DNA of 64,000 bases. Origin: Octopus sinensis. Taxonomy: Eukaryota. This document shows, in pieces, positions 41,156-52,265 of this stretch. The notes under the pieces were generated by a model. The model did no database searches and had not been told where the DNA came from. It saw only the letters and a program-made list of their open reading frames with translations. How positions within the stretch are numbered: the stretch's first letter is position 1; each line of letters opens with the position of its first letter. The position numbers and the translations under genes are program-made. The stretch lies in NCBI RefSeq assembly GCF_006345805.1, contig NC_043008.1, forward strand, positions 29,326,001 to 29,390,000, written 5' to 3'.

Positions 41156-42049
41156 TCTGATATCGAATTCTAGACATATATTTTATGTATATTGGCTTAC
41201 ATATGAATATATATGTGTATACGTATGGATTTGTATGTTTATCCGTATGAATGCATATATTTACAATAACTTTCTATATTGGTTATCGAAATACTTTCGT
41301 ATCAATTTCTCTTATAAGCCACCATTGACAGTAAAACAGTTTATCCGAAATATATGACGTGTAATGATATCAGTATTATGTCGTATATAAATTGACCAGA
41401 AAAAGGAGATGAATAGAAGTATTTCTCTGTACTATATATTACCGTTGGTTTAAATGCCTCTTAATAATCGTATAAAAATATCTCCGTAATGTTTTACTAT
41501 GTTTTAATAGAAATTATCTTATACTCGACTTTTTGTTCGATCCTACCGTGTGTCTTTCATTAGCATAACCATTGCTTTAATATTTCTGTCCACATACCAT
41601 GTTATGAATTAATAACAAATTCAAAATTAATGGAGGAACCATGCTAAGCTAACTATTTTATTACTTGTGTCTCGACTCTCAATCCAACTGAACTTTCAAA
41701 TCAAATATTTACGTACCAAATTCTCTTCATCAAAATTTCTCACTATACAAAGTTTAAATTCTAAGGGGGACATGTCTCATGGAGTTGAAACGAAGCGGAA
41801 GAGTTCTGTCTAGTTGGTACAAAGACGCGATAAGGTTAAAGAAAGATACAATATATGAAAATATCACCGGCATGACAACTTAGCTGATAGAAAATATCAA
41901 ACCAATCATGAAAACAATTATAATAGTTCATGTATACAATTTTTACAACGAGAAAGATAACATTTTTCGGATATGTAACTACCTTATTAAGAACAAAACA
42001 CCTGGATATGAAGAAATGGTTAAACGCACCATCCCCGCAACAGAAGCTA

Positions 42050-42340
42050 TCTAATATAAAATATGCTAGTTTCTGTCCGAAATGCGGAAGCTTTATATTC
42101 TGTATGTTCTTCCCCCAGACACACACAAACAAATGTACATGGACGATCATACCAAACCCTAGAACATAGCTGCCGATCATGGCACGTTGTTGATCTTTCC
42201 GACCAAACAATGTCATATATAATGTTTACATACATGGAGTCACCCGTATAATATTCGAGGCAACGACGCAGGCGAAGAATTTGCCAACATCAGAGATGTT
42301 TTAATGGTGCCGATAAATAAGGTTTACCTATCATCATTTA
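42050..42340 (+). mobile_element. Possible Penelope-like GIY-YIG endonuclease relic
   Basis: Fragments NIKYASFCPKCGSFIF and NVIY-MFTYMESPV*YSRQRRRRRICQHQRCF resemble the NVIY..tC..C..YIGqT.R.L..RI.QH signature. Heavily decayed. Confidence 0.4.
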
Positions 42341-43824
42341 ACATGTACCAGACTAGTATTAAATACCCAGAGACTGTTCACACCTGCTTTCCAAAATACC
42401 ATCATCTTGTAGATAAATACGAAAACGCAATTAACCAGGCGGTAATGTAAGTTGGAGAACCACACCGTAGATGTATAAATCCTGGAAGAATATTCTGTTT
42501 AATGCTAAGTGTAACGCGTAGCTTGCAATATATTTGAGGGAGAATAATCTGCGCATTTGTATCGATACAGATTCATCTGCTGCGATATATTTCAAAAGAT
42601 GCGATCGCACCCACTTTCAAATATTCACGCAGCATAGAGGATTAAGGGGTCAAAAATTAATTTTTATTGCATTAACAACAGCTCATATATTACTGTCATT
42701 CTGCACATGCTACAGTCAACAATATCCCAAATATTGTAACACGTATGCGTATCCCGTAAAACCAGAAGTGGATCCTGATTAAAGAATTTTAAGAAGATAT
42801 ACGGGAAGATATTTTTTTGTTAATCCTGGTACTTATTTTATCGGGCTCTATTTCTAAACCGCTAAAAAAGGTTTAATGCATTGATTGATTAATTAATTAA
42901 TTAATTACTGTATTTAACCGTTAAGGGTGAAACTTCGAAGTATGTGAATGACTAATCATTTTTGAATTCCCTCAAATTGTCCTGCCTGCCTACATTCAAC
43001 GTGCGAAAATAAGAAGAGTTTTTTCGTGGTTTCTCCCATTTCTAGCGTGATGGAAAACTACTTAGTGACTTTCCCTCAGTGTATAACTCTTATACACACA
43101 TAAAATATAATATTTACAGTCTAGGGAAATTTTTTCTTACGTTGGCCACTGGTAAAAAATTAATATTGAAATTTTATCCTATATTTGGAATTATTATATA
43201 TTTGTGTATATATATGTATGTATGTATAATATACACATCGTACATTGTTAAGCTCATTTTCACATTATTTTTTACACGATTGTATTGTTCTACTTTACTG
43301 TAGATTATAATTGCTTAATTAATGCATGTAGATTTTGTCATAGATTTTACTTGCACCCGTTTTTCCTTTTTCAATGAAATTTTCTCCAAACCTTCCCTTA
43401 ATTGAAGTTTTTAATATCTACGCATTATGAATATATGTTTGGTTATTTGCATTAGTCGCTACTTTGTGCGAATCAACAGGATGAAAGAATTCGAGTTGGA
43501 TTTTACCGAGATACATATATGTCCAGAAATAAATTGACAAATTCATTAATTAATTGATAGATTAACTACTTGGGCGTTTAAACGTAAGCAGCATCCAGTG
43601 CAAAAACTTATTTAGATGAAGAAACCTCCCAAATTTACAATTCTGCCTTCACATCAAAACTTTCGTAAAAGAAATACCGAAAGGACATACGTGTATCTTA
43701 GTGCTTGCAGTACGATTAATAGTACATAAATGGAAATTTAATCAATCCCGCAAGTATGTTATGTGTGTGTGAGGTTGTGTGTTTGTGTGTTCATGTGTCC
43801 GTGGGCGTGCATATGTGTATGTAT

Positions 43825-43861
<37 letters not shown>

Positions 43862-44479
43862 ACACACACATATATATATATATATATATCATGATACATG
43901 AATTTAGTAAAGCGCTATGCCCGGTGTACTTGGTCATGCGTGTGCATTAGCGCATCGGTGCTTGTGTTCGTGTTCCTATTTCTTTGAGTGTTCATATGTG
44001 TGTACAGTGCGTGTATGCGTATGGTTTTCATGCATCTATTCGAATGTCCGCTTCAATATGATTTGCGTGAACTTGAAATGTGTCGGAAAAATAAAAGAGA
44101 ATAATTGGAAAACGATGGAGCAAACGTAAAGGTTAAAGCAACATGAAGTTCACTTTAATTTTATGTCTACCGCTTAATTAGGCACGATAGATTGTCAAAA
44201 ACACAAAAGCAAAATGGCTTCGAATTGATTAAGATCTATAGACTTGCTGGCTTTTATAATATCAGTAACAAGCGAATAAGGTCATCGGAAGATACAGTTT
44301 ATACTCTCTATCATATTTTATATAAGCACGTAGCTTTATTTTTTATTTTTCATGTAGACTGAGTGAGTAGGTGAGGTGTAAGTTTAAACTGAATTCATAA
44401 ATTTGGAATAATTAGGAGCATGCAGTCTTTTGTACGCACAGCACCTCCACTGCCAGCACCTGTGGTAAGGACAGCACAT

Positions 44480-44680
44480 GCGGCTGCTACTGCTGCTGCT
44501 ACTACTTCTACTACTACTACTACTACTACTACTGCTGCTGCTGCTGGTGATGATGATGATGATGATGATAATGCTACTACTACTACTACTACATTCATTA
44601 ATACTACTACTACAATCATTACTACTATTACCACCACCACCAACAACAACAACAGCACTACCACTACCACCTCCACCACG
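44480..44680 (+). repeat. Trinucleotide mosaic (GCT/ACT/GAT/CCA/CAA)
   Basis: Directly visible. Confidence 0.9.
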
Positions 44681-46149
44681 ATAAATGTATTTGTCTTTTC
44701 TTTTTAGTACCACCAACAGTATATATCTATGCTGTGTATTTTGTTACTGATGTTATTGTAAAATAAGAAAAAGTACAATAATTTTGTTGCGTGTGTTGAT
44801 CATGAAGAAATACGAAGACAGCAAAAACGGCGACGACGAAAACAACGCCAGTGACAGTGTCGAAAATGTTATGGTTGGTAGACATAATAACGATATCCGC
44901 TTTGGTGGTCAGGAAAATCATCTTGCTGCTGATGACAACGAAACAAAATTTGACATTAAAATTAATGATGATAATTATTTTAATTGACATAAAATCACCA
45001 AGAAATATTACAGAGTTCCGAGTATAGAAAATATTAAATAGACAAAACCATGAACAAATGCTCACAAGCACACACATACTTAACTACACATACACAAACA
45101 CAAACATGTGCTCGCAAACACACTCATTCACACACACATGGACACATACACAAGCGTGTTTTAGTTAGAATGCCCCATACTAAGCGGATGTGTTGCACAA
45201 ATACATCGTACATACCAATTAATGGAAACATGTTTCACTTCAGATTTGACTTCGACTGTGCCAGAGGAGTATTTGCAATACGTTGCAGGTCAAATAATGC
45301 AAAGGAAACAATTCAAAGAAAGAAACGATTTGCTTTCTCAATTGCATTGGTAATATCTAAAACATTCACCAATACACACACACACACACATACATGTGCT
45401 TAAATACAGACTGAAGCTCAACGCACAGTCAGAGGTACCCATGGTCACGCCTAAATACATATACGTCATCGATTATAAGTCGATGTCGAATGTAGCAATG
45501 TTGCTGTCTTGGATTATAACGTTTTTGCTGCAGTTATTAAAACAAATTATTTATATTGAGCAAGTTTACTCAATTCAAATCATATACATGTGGCTTGCGA
45601 TACCACTGCCACTCCATATATCTCTATTATTGTTGTTAATAGATTTTAGTATCCATTTTGAAAACCGTGGAGTGAGAATAATAATAAAAAAATATTTCAC
45701 TTTATCTAGTAAATATCTTCATCGCAAACATCCCCTATTATACTACGATATTATCTTTATTTGACCCAGACAATTATATATAAATATATATATGTGTCTA
45801 TTTTTGTGTTTGCTTGTATGCGTATGTGTATGTATTCAGCCACTCTGCATTTATATATATATTAATCTTCTCAATGATAGAATCTAACATTCTTGTCTCC
45901 CTTGAGCGAGAAGTATATTTGGCATGTGATACATGAGTATATGGAGCTGATATAATTCTTGATATCTTCTGTCAGAGATTCTATTAAATAACTTTCAATA
46001 ACCTTTCTGCCTAGAAACAAGAAAAATAGCATTCAAGAACCTACTTAGAATATTAACGTTAGAATTTTATGTTAGAATTTAACGCAATCTATTCTAAATA
46101 TTTCACCGTTATCATATTCTTATTTATAGTTCATATTAAGCAACTATTT

Positions 46150-46328
46150 TAGATGCATTATTTACATTATTTGCATTTAACTGATATTTGTCCACATCTT
46201 GTTTAACACAACGTTTCGGCTGGTATACCCCCAGTCTTCATCAGGTGTCTTGGGGAAATTTCGAATCTGGATTCTCATTCCTAAGGTATTTTTCGATGTT
46301 GTTTTTGTTGTTATTATTATTACTATTG

Positions 46329-46420
<92 letters not shown>

Positions 46421-46451
46421 TAGGTTACTGCTTGTAATCGAACTTGCAATC
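46150..46451 (-). mobile_element. Composite short element: partial tRNA-like head, (AAT/AAC)n linker and hammerhead-bearing tail
   Basis: In minus-strand order: gattgcaagttcgattacaagcagtaacct (46451-46422), (AAT)n, catcgaaaaataccttaggaatgag (46298 downward), the hammerhead, then taatgtaaataat. A plus-strand sibling has the same module order at 46452-46513 ... 47265-47342. Confidence 0.65.
46205..46249 (-). ncRNA. Putative minimal type I hammerhead ribozyme (Penelope-type)
   Basis: Minus strand reads GACAC-CUGAUGA-A-GACUGG GGGUAUA CCAGCC-GAAA-CG-UU^-GUGUU. It has a 5-bp stem I, a stem II with one A-C mismatch, a palindromic AACGUU mini stem III and a GUU triplet. Confidence 0.75.
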
Positions 46452-46510
46452 GTAAGGTTAAGAGCACGAGCTACTAACCCCAAGATTCCAAGTTCGATTC
46501 CAAGTAGTGA

Positions 46511-46513
<3 letters not shown>
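46452..46513 (+). mobile_element. tRNA-like SINE head (plus-strand sibling element)
   Basis: GGTTAAGAGC (D-arm end), a CT-ACT-AA 7-nt anticodon-like loop (46471-46477) and B box GTTCGATTCC (46492-46501). It is incomplete, so not a functional tRNA. Confidence 0.6.
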
Positions 46514-46577
<64 letters not shown>

Positions 46578-47185
46578 CATGGCTTCTGATCTTAACTGAC
46601 TGGAAGTGTTATCATGTACATTGTTTTGTCTTGGTATAAAATATGGGCTACAGCAAATATTCTGCTCAATACCACAGGTTTGCTTGAAGTGTTATCATGT
46701 ACATTGTTTTCTCTTGGTATAAAAGATGGGCTACAGCAAATATTCTGCTCAATACCACAGATTTGCTTGTCAGTTGTTTGACCTTAACCAGTTGAGCATG
46801 TCCCTTAGTGGCTGACGATATGTGCATCTCTGATCACGAGCAGAAGTAGTGGGGGAGCATCATGGCCATGTGTTGAGAGGGATTCTTTGGAGTTTGAATG
46901 GTTCACCTCTGGAAACATAGGTGTTTCGTTCAACATCCTAAAGCAACCCTTATTCAGGGACCTTTTGAGCAGGATGGGCTACTCAACCTGAAGAAAATTC
47001 TAACTGGGCCCCACCTGCAAGGTCATGTGTTGTTTATCTTGATATGAGATCACCATGTCGCGCACATATGGTTGTGATGCATGTGCCTGGTGTACCTTTA
47101 TCAGACGGGTAGTCATGATGGGTATATTGGGCTTCGTATATTTTACCCCAGTGTCACTTTGATGGCATGAACTGCTCTCTCACTC
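46578..47185 (+). mobile_element. Family A non-coding retroposon, copy 2 (with 83-bp internal tandem duplication)
   Basis: High similarity to 50279-50833. It ends ctgctctctcactc followed by (AAT)n, and 46604-46686 is duplicated as 46687-46769. Confidence 0.9.
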
Positions 47186-47210
47186 AATAATAATAATAAT
47201 AATAATAATA

Positions 47211-47246
<36 letters not shown>

Positions 47247-47264
47247 TAACAACAACAACAACAA

Positions 47265-47342
47265 CGCCGAAAAATACTTTAGGAATCAGAGCCCATATAA
47301 TTAATGTACATAATTCCTTATCTCTTAAATATAGAACTGTAT
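47265..47342 (+). mobile_element. Tail of the plus-strand sibling element, hammerhead segment deleted
   Basis: 47265-47295 matches the reverse complement of 46268-46298 at 25/31 nt, then jumps to taatgtacataatt without the ribozyme-containing segment. Confidence 0.65.
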
Positions 47343-48282
47343 TTTAGAATCATTTTCTTGAAAATCACAACATTAGTTCACACCCAACTTGAAAATGCGA
47401 AATTTATACTTATATATTTTTAGACGTAACAAAAAAGCTGTACAGAAAATTATTGTACTGGGTGATAGCACAGGTGACTGCGCTAAAATAAGTAGAAGCA
47501 TTTCCGTTTCAAGGAGTAGTATTCTGGTTGAACAATAGACGTAATTACGTACTTATTGAATTGTTGTATAAACGACTGTGTTTCGCATACACATATTTCT
47601 ATACTTAACCTGGTCATTAGATAGTAGCAGCGTGCAATAATGCGAGATAATGCGGCCTTTGAATTACAAACATCGTCCATCATTTGGGTACCACGCAGTT
47701 TCTGTCTACTCAGACCCAGTTAAATCACTTGCGACGTAGAAAACTATAATCCTTACCTCGATACAAGATGATTCGTTCGTGATTAAATCATTTATTTGCC
47801 AAAGCCCGTGACCCACAGTGCTATTAATTACGGAATACCGTACATATAAATAGTGCAAACAAATTGACTGCTGAAGTTGTGTCTCCAGTTTCGTTGACAT
47901 AAGGGAACCGAGCAAGAATTTTCTTTGTTTTAAACGCTGCATGGTTTATCTAAATTATTTTTGTAGCCTGAACCTAAGCTGTGAAGAGTGAAGTAATCTA
48001 ACAAAATATAGCTGTCACTTGCATATAATGTGTAACATTATTCGTTACATTTCGTAAGACATAGTAACACTTAAAAATAAACATACAATTATATACAGAC
48101 AACACATGTGCACACAATTCTACATGTATGTGTTTATGTGTATGTATGTATATGTGTGTGTATTTGTATATAATTGCGTCTTTCTATGGGTCTCCAAATA
48201 TTAAAAGCTAGCATAACTCCATAGACTTCAAATTATGCTATCCTTACAATATCATACAAAAATGAAATAGTTAAGCAGCAAA

Positions 48283-48291
48283 ATAATAATG

Positions 48292-48381
<90 letters not shown>
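48283..48381 (+). repeat. (AAT)n microsatellite
   Basis: Directly visible. Confidence 0.95.
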
Positions 48382-48385
<4 letters not shown>

Positions 48386-48468
48386 CGATATTCCTTTCTA
48401 CTATTGGCATGAGACCTGATGGCGGAGAACTGTCCAGCGACTAGGGAATTTAGTATACTGAGGTGAAT

Positions 48469-49279
48469 GGATATATGTATTTGTGTATCTTGGAGTATGA
48501 CAATGACTGTGATAAAGAAAACTATTTAGACGAGAACAACTCAAGAAAGTCAACTTTATTGTGGTAAGTACACACATTTGAAAAAACAAGATCAAAGAAA
48601 TGAGTACATAGGCTGTCCTTTTAATGCGATTTGTCGCTGATATTGTTAGATGGACAAGCAATGAACTTGAGGAATCGGATTGAAAAAGTAGGAATATGAT
48701 GACAACAAACAAGGAATTGCACGCTAAGAGTGATATCGATAGACTATACGTGCCTAGAGACAGGGGAAAAGTTGATCTCATAGGCCGCAAAATCTGCGTT
48801 GCCAGCGAGAACACTTTGGGATGTTATGTCAAACAGCAGACTGAATGTTTGGTTGTTACTGTTAAAGATATCCACACTTTACCTAGTGAAAATGTAACAC
48901 GTAAAACCATTTAAGAATCAAAATCTAGAACAACGGGCAATACTTGAGAGAAATGGAAGGCAAAGACAAGATCAACATCTGGAGATGGTTAGGGAAAAGT
49001 GATCTGAAAGGATGCCGAGGCTTGATATTCAGCGCTCTGTAGCAGGCTCTGAGAACGAATTACACCAAATTCCAAATAGACAAAAGCGTCAAATGCTTAC
49101 TATGTTAGATGTGGGCAGCAAAAACAAAACAATGTCATAGTGAGAGTTGGAATTTATCTCTAAAAGCATACAAAAGGAGATATAATAACGTAACTAGGTA
49201 TGTTCACAGCACATATCAAATGCACACAGAGCTGCGCTCGGTTGTGCAGTAAAAGTAAGTTATAAAAATAAGACTACTG
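48469..49279 (+). mobile_element. R4/Dong-clade RLE LINE fragment 1 (RT thumb, zinc-knuckle region, 3' UTR)
   Basis: Reads YMYLCILEY (YKYLG-like), KELHAKSDIDRLYVPRDRG, GQYLREMEGKDK..WRWLGKSDLKG and QALRTNYTKFQID. It ends ataaaaataagactactg followed by (AAT)n. The RLE domain appears deleted. Confidence 0.75.
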
Positions 49280-49289
49280 AATAATATTG

Positions 49290-49379
<90 letters not shown>

Positions 49380-49394
49380 CGATGGTAAGAAAAG

Positions 49395-50160
49395 CCTCAT
49401 TATGTCAAATGCTGGTTTAAAAAAAAGAAAAGCAACAGATAACAAGATCACAAAAATGGCTGAGAAGCTCAGGACTCTAAGGAGAGACTGTAGGATTTTA
49501 AATTTCAGCAAAAGATCAATGCCTTCTCGACAGAAATGACCAAACACGTAATGAAAACAACAGACAAGTAACTGCAGAATATATGGAAATGGAGAAGAAA
49601 CAATCAATCATATCGTCTCTGGCTACCCAGAATATATTCCTAAGAAGGAATATATTCATAGACTTGATATAGTTGTTACCCACATACATTTGAAGATATG
49701 CCAACAATATGGAATGACAACAGAAAAAAGATGGTATACGCACATGCCAGAAAAGGTCGGGAAAATGAGAAATCGTACTCTGCGATATGTCCATACACAC
49801 AGATAGAGAAATTAAGGTCAATAGACCGGATATAGTTGTCACAGAACACAGAGAAAAAATATGTTTTGTAATCAATGTATCAATATCAACATATGACAAT
49901 ATTTCTCTAAAAGAAATGGAGAAAATCAAAATTCAAAGATATAGAAATAGAAGTATCCCGAATATTGAGTCTGAAAACAGAAAGAATTCCTATCATAGCA
50001 GGTGCATTAGGTATAATAAAAGTATTCAGTCAAATACATAACAAAAACATCAGAACTAAGAAGTACGTAAAACATAGAGAAAATAGCACTACTGGGCACC
50101 ACAGACATTCTATTTGAAACACTTTCAATACAGTAAAAATAAGAGCATCACAATAAACCA
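49395..50160 (+). mobile_element. R4/Dong-clade RLE LINE fragment 2 (CCHC region, PD-(D/E)xK endonuclease, C-terminus)
   Basis: Reads SQKWLRSSGL*GETVGF, RIYGNGEETINHIVSG, IHTDREIKVNRPDIVVTEHREKICFVINVSI (RPD motif), IPIIAGALG and KIALLGT, followed by (AAT)n. Confidence 0.85.
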
Positions 50161-50195
50161 CTTATGATAATAATAATAATAATAATAATAATAAT

Positions 50196-50229
<34 letters not shown>

Positions 50230-50278
50230 TTAATAATAATAATAATAATAATGATGATGATAATAATAATAATAATAA

Positions 50279-50833
50279 ATGTCCTGATGCAGTACCAGGC
50301 AGTGGCTCTCATGGCTTCTGATCTTAACTGATTGGAAGTGTTATCATGTACATTGTTTTCTCTTGGTATAAAAGATGGGCTACAGCAAATATTCTGCTCA
50401 ATACCACAGATTTGCTTGTCAGTTGTTTGACCTTAATCAGTTTAGCATGTCCCTTAGTGGCTGACGATATGTGCATATCTGATCACGTGCAGAAGTAGTG
50501 GGGGAGCATCATAGCCATGTGTTGAGAGGAATTCTTTGGAGTTTGAATAATTTACCTCTGGAAACATGGGTGGTTCTTTCAACATCCTTAAATAACCCTT
50601 ATTCAAGGACCTTTTGAGCGGGATGGGCTACTCAACCTGACGAAAATTCTAACTGGGCCCCACCTGCAAGGTCATGTGCTGTTTATCTTGATATGAGATC
50701 ACCATGTCGCGCACATATGTTGTGATGCATGTGCCTGGTGTACCCTTATCAGACGGGTAGTCATGATAGGTATATTGGGCTTCGTATATTTTACCCCAGT
50801 GTCACTTTGATGGCATGAACTGCTCTCTCACTC
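50279..50833 (+). mobile_element. Family A non-coding retroposon, copy 3 (longest, ~555 bp)
   Basis: Runs from atgtcctgatgcagtacc to ctgctctctcactc, embedded in (AAT)n on both sides. Confidence 0.9.
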
Positions 50834-50855
50834 AATAATAATAATAATAATAATG

Positions 50856-50907
<52 letters not shown>

Positions 50908-50926
50908 TAATAATAATAACAACAGA

Positions 50927-51141
50927 TAAAAAATATTCAGATAAATACATAACAAAAACATCAGGACTTACAAACACATATAACATACAGAAAATTGCAC
51001 TACTAGGCACTGCACAAATCCTACGCAGAACACTTTCCATACAATAACCATTAGAGCATCACAACAAATCACATCACATACCCAAGGCATACAGAGGTGC
51101 GCTCGGTAGTGAAGTGAATGCACGCTATAAAAATAAAACTA

Positions 51142-51144
<3 letters not shown>
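50927..51144 (+). mobile_element. R4/Dong-clade LINE, short 5'-truncated 3' end with (AAT)n tail
   Basis: ORF end KKYSDKYITKTSGLTNTYNIQKIALLGTAQILRRTLSIQ*. Its 3' UTR (51093-51144) is colinear with 49228-49279. Confidence 0.85.
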
Positions 51145-51197
<53 letters not shown>

Positions 51198-51199
<2 letters not shown>

Positions 51200-51275
51200 T
51201 CTCAAATAGGCAGGCATTCGATAAATAGTGCTCATGGGAACCGCCCATATCCTACGTAACATGTTTACAATATAA
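51198..51275 (+). mobile_element. 3' end of a second R4/Dong-like family
   Basis: VLMGTAHILRNMFTI* is a variant of the LLGTAxILR terminal motif. It begins right after an (AAT)n tract and has a different 3' UTR. Confidence 0.55.
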
Positions 51276-51564
51276 TCCCCTAGATATTTCAACCTGTAAA
51301 CAGTGTCAAAATACTTTTAAATGTACTTAACAGCAAACACCATTTACTGTCGTCTTAACATCATACCATCATCGTATAATCTAATTAGTTTTAGAACAAA
51401 CTCACTTATATTTTGACAGATGTACTCTAGAATAATACACTGTGAAAAACCAAAACTATGGCACCCTAATTATAACACCAACTTGAATTTCCAAATTGTT
51501 GTCTCTTGAAGTCCCTGGTTGAGAGTTGGAATAAACTTATACACATACAAAGCAAAACAGAAAA

Positions 51565-51631
<67 letters not shown>

Positions 51632-51632
<1 letters not shown>

Positions 51633-51930
51633 CTCTAATGCTGTTTTCGCATCCAATCAGTCCTCTTCTCCCTGTTTTTCTTGGTACATACACTCTATCT
51701 CTGTCACTTTTTGGGTGGAGTATCCCATATCTAGTCAGCAACTTATCTTTCTGTCTAAGCTGTGTAGTTCGTCTAGTGTCCATGCGATTAACTCTAAGGA
51801 GTGAAAGCGTCGTCCGTTTAATTTCGACTTAAATATGATCAGACTCAGTCTGCGCAGGTACTCCAACTTATATCTTTCTGTAATTTATCCCTTTTCAATA
51901 TCCCCAAGTAGTTATAGCCCATTTATAATA
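51632..51930 (-). mobile_element. R4/Dong-clade LINE internal fragment (RT thumb), inverted
   Basis: The minus strand reads YNYLGIL...YLRRL...KSKLNG...LLTRYGILHPKSDRDRVYVPRKTGRRGLIGCENSIRA, homologous to 48696-48800. Confidence 0.8.
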
Positions 51931-52024
51931 TTTGCTTTATAATCTCCCACGACAGTATTGCTAGCCCGTCCATACATTTGACACTGTAGTACATCGCCAG
52001 CGTTAAAAGCTGTGCAAAAGCAAT

Positions 52025-52077
52025 AAAATAATAATAATAATAATAATAATAATATGGTAATGATAATGATAATTATA

Positions 52078-52136
<59 letters not shown>

Positions 52137-52265
52137 GGTAGTGATGATGATGGCGGTCGTGGTGGTTGTGGTGATGGTAGATGATGGCGGGGGTGGTGAT
52201 GATGTACATTATGACGACGACGACGTCGACGATGCTGCTCTGATGATGATGATGTTGAAGATGAT
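52025..52265 (+). repeat. (AAT)-(GAT)-(GGT)-(GAC) trinucleotide mosaic
   Basis: Directly visible. Confidence 0.9.

Noticed and set aside
44929-44950. CTGATGA-caac-GAAAC hammerhead-like word pair
   Set aside because: Only 4 nt lie between the core halves, so no stem II is possible, and there is no NUH or stem I complement. It is a chance product of the GAY/AAC mosaic.
44784-44987. D/N-rich 67-aa ORF that looks like an acidic low-complexity protein
   Set aside because: It is continuous with a decaying trinucleotide (GAY/AAY) mosaic and has no recognisable domain or convincing splice sites.
46452-46513. Possible tRNA gene
   Set aside because: It lacks the 5' acceptor and D-arm start and has a disrupted anticodon stem. 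Better explained as a SINE head.
50279-50360. Possible HDV-like ribozyme at the 5' end of family A
   Set aside because: I could not build the nested double pseudoknot (P1, P1.1, P2, P3, P4) by eye.
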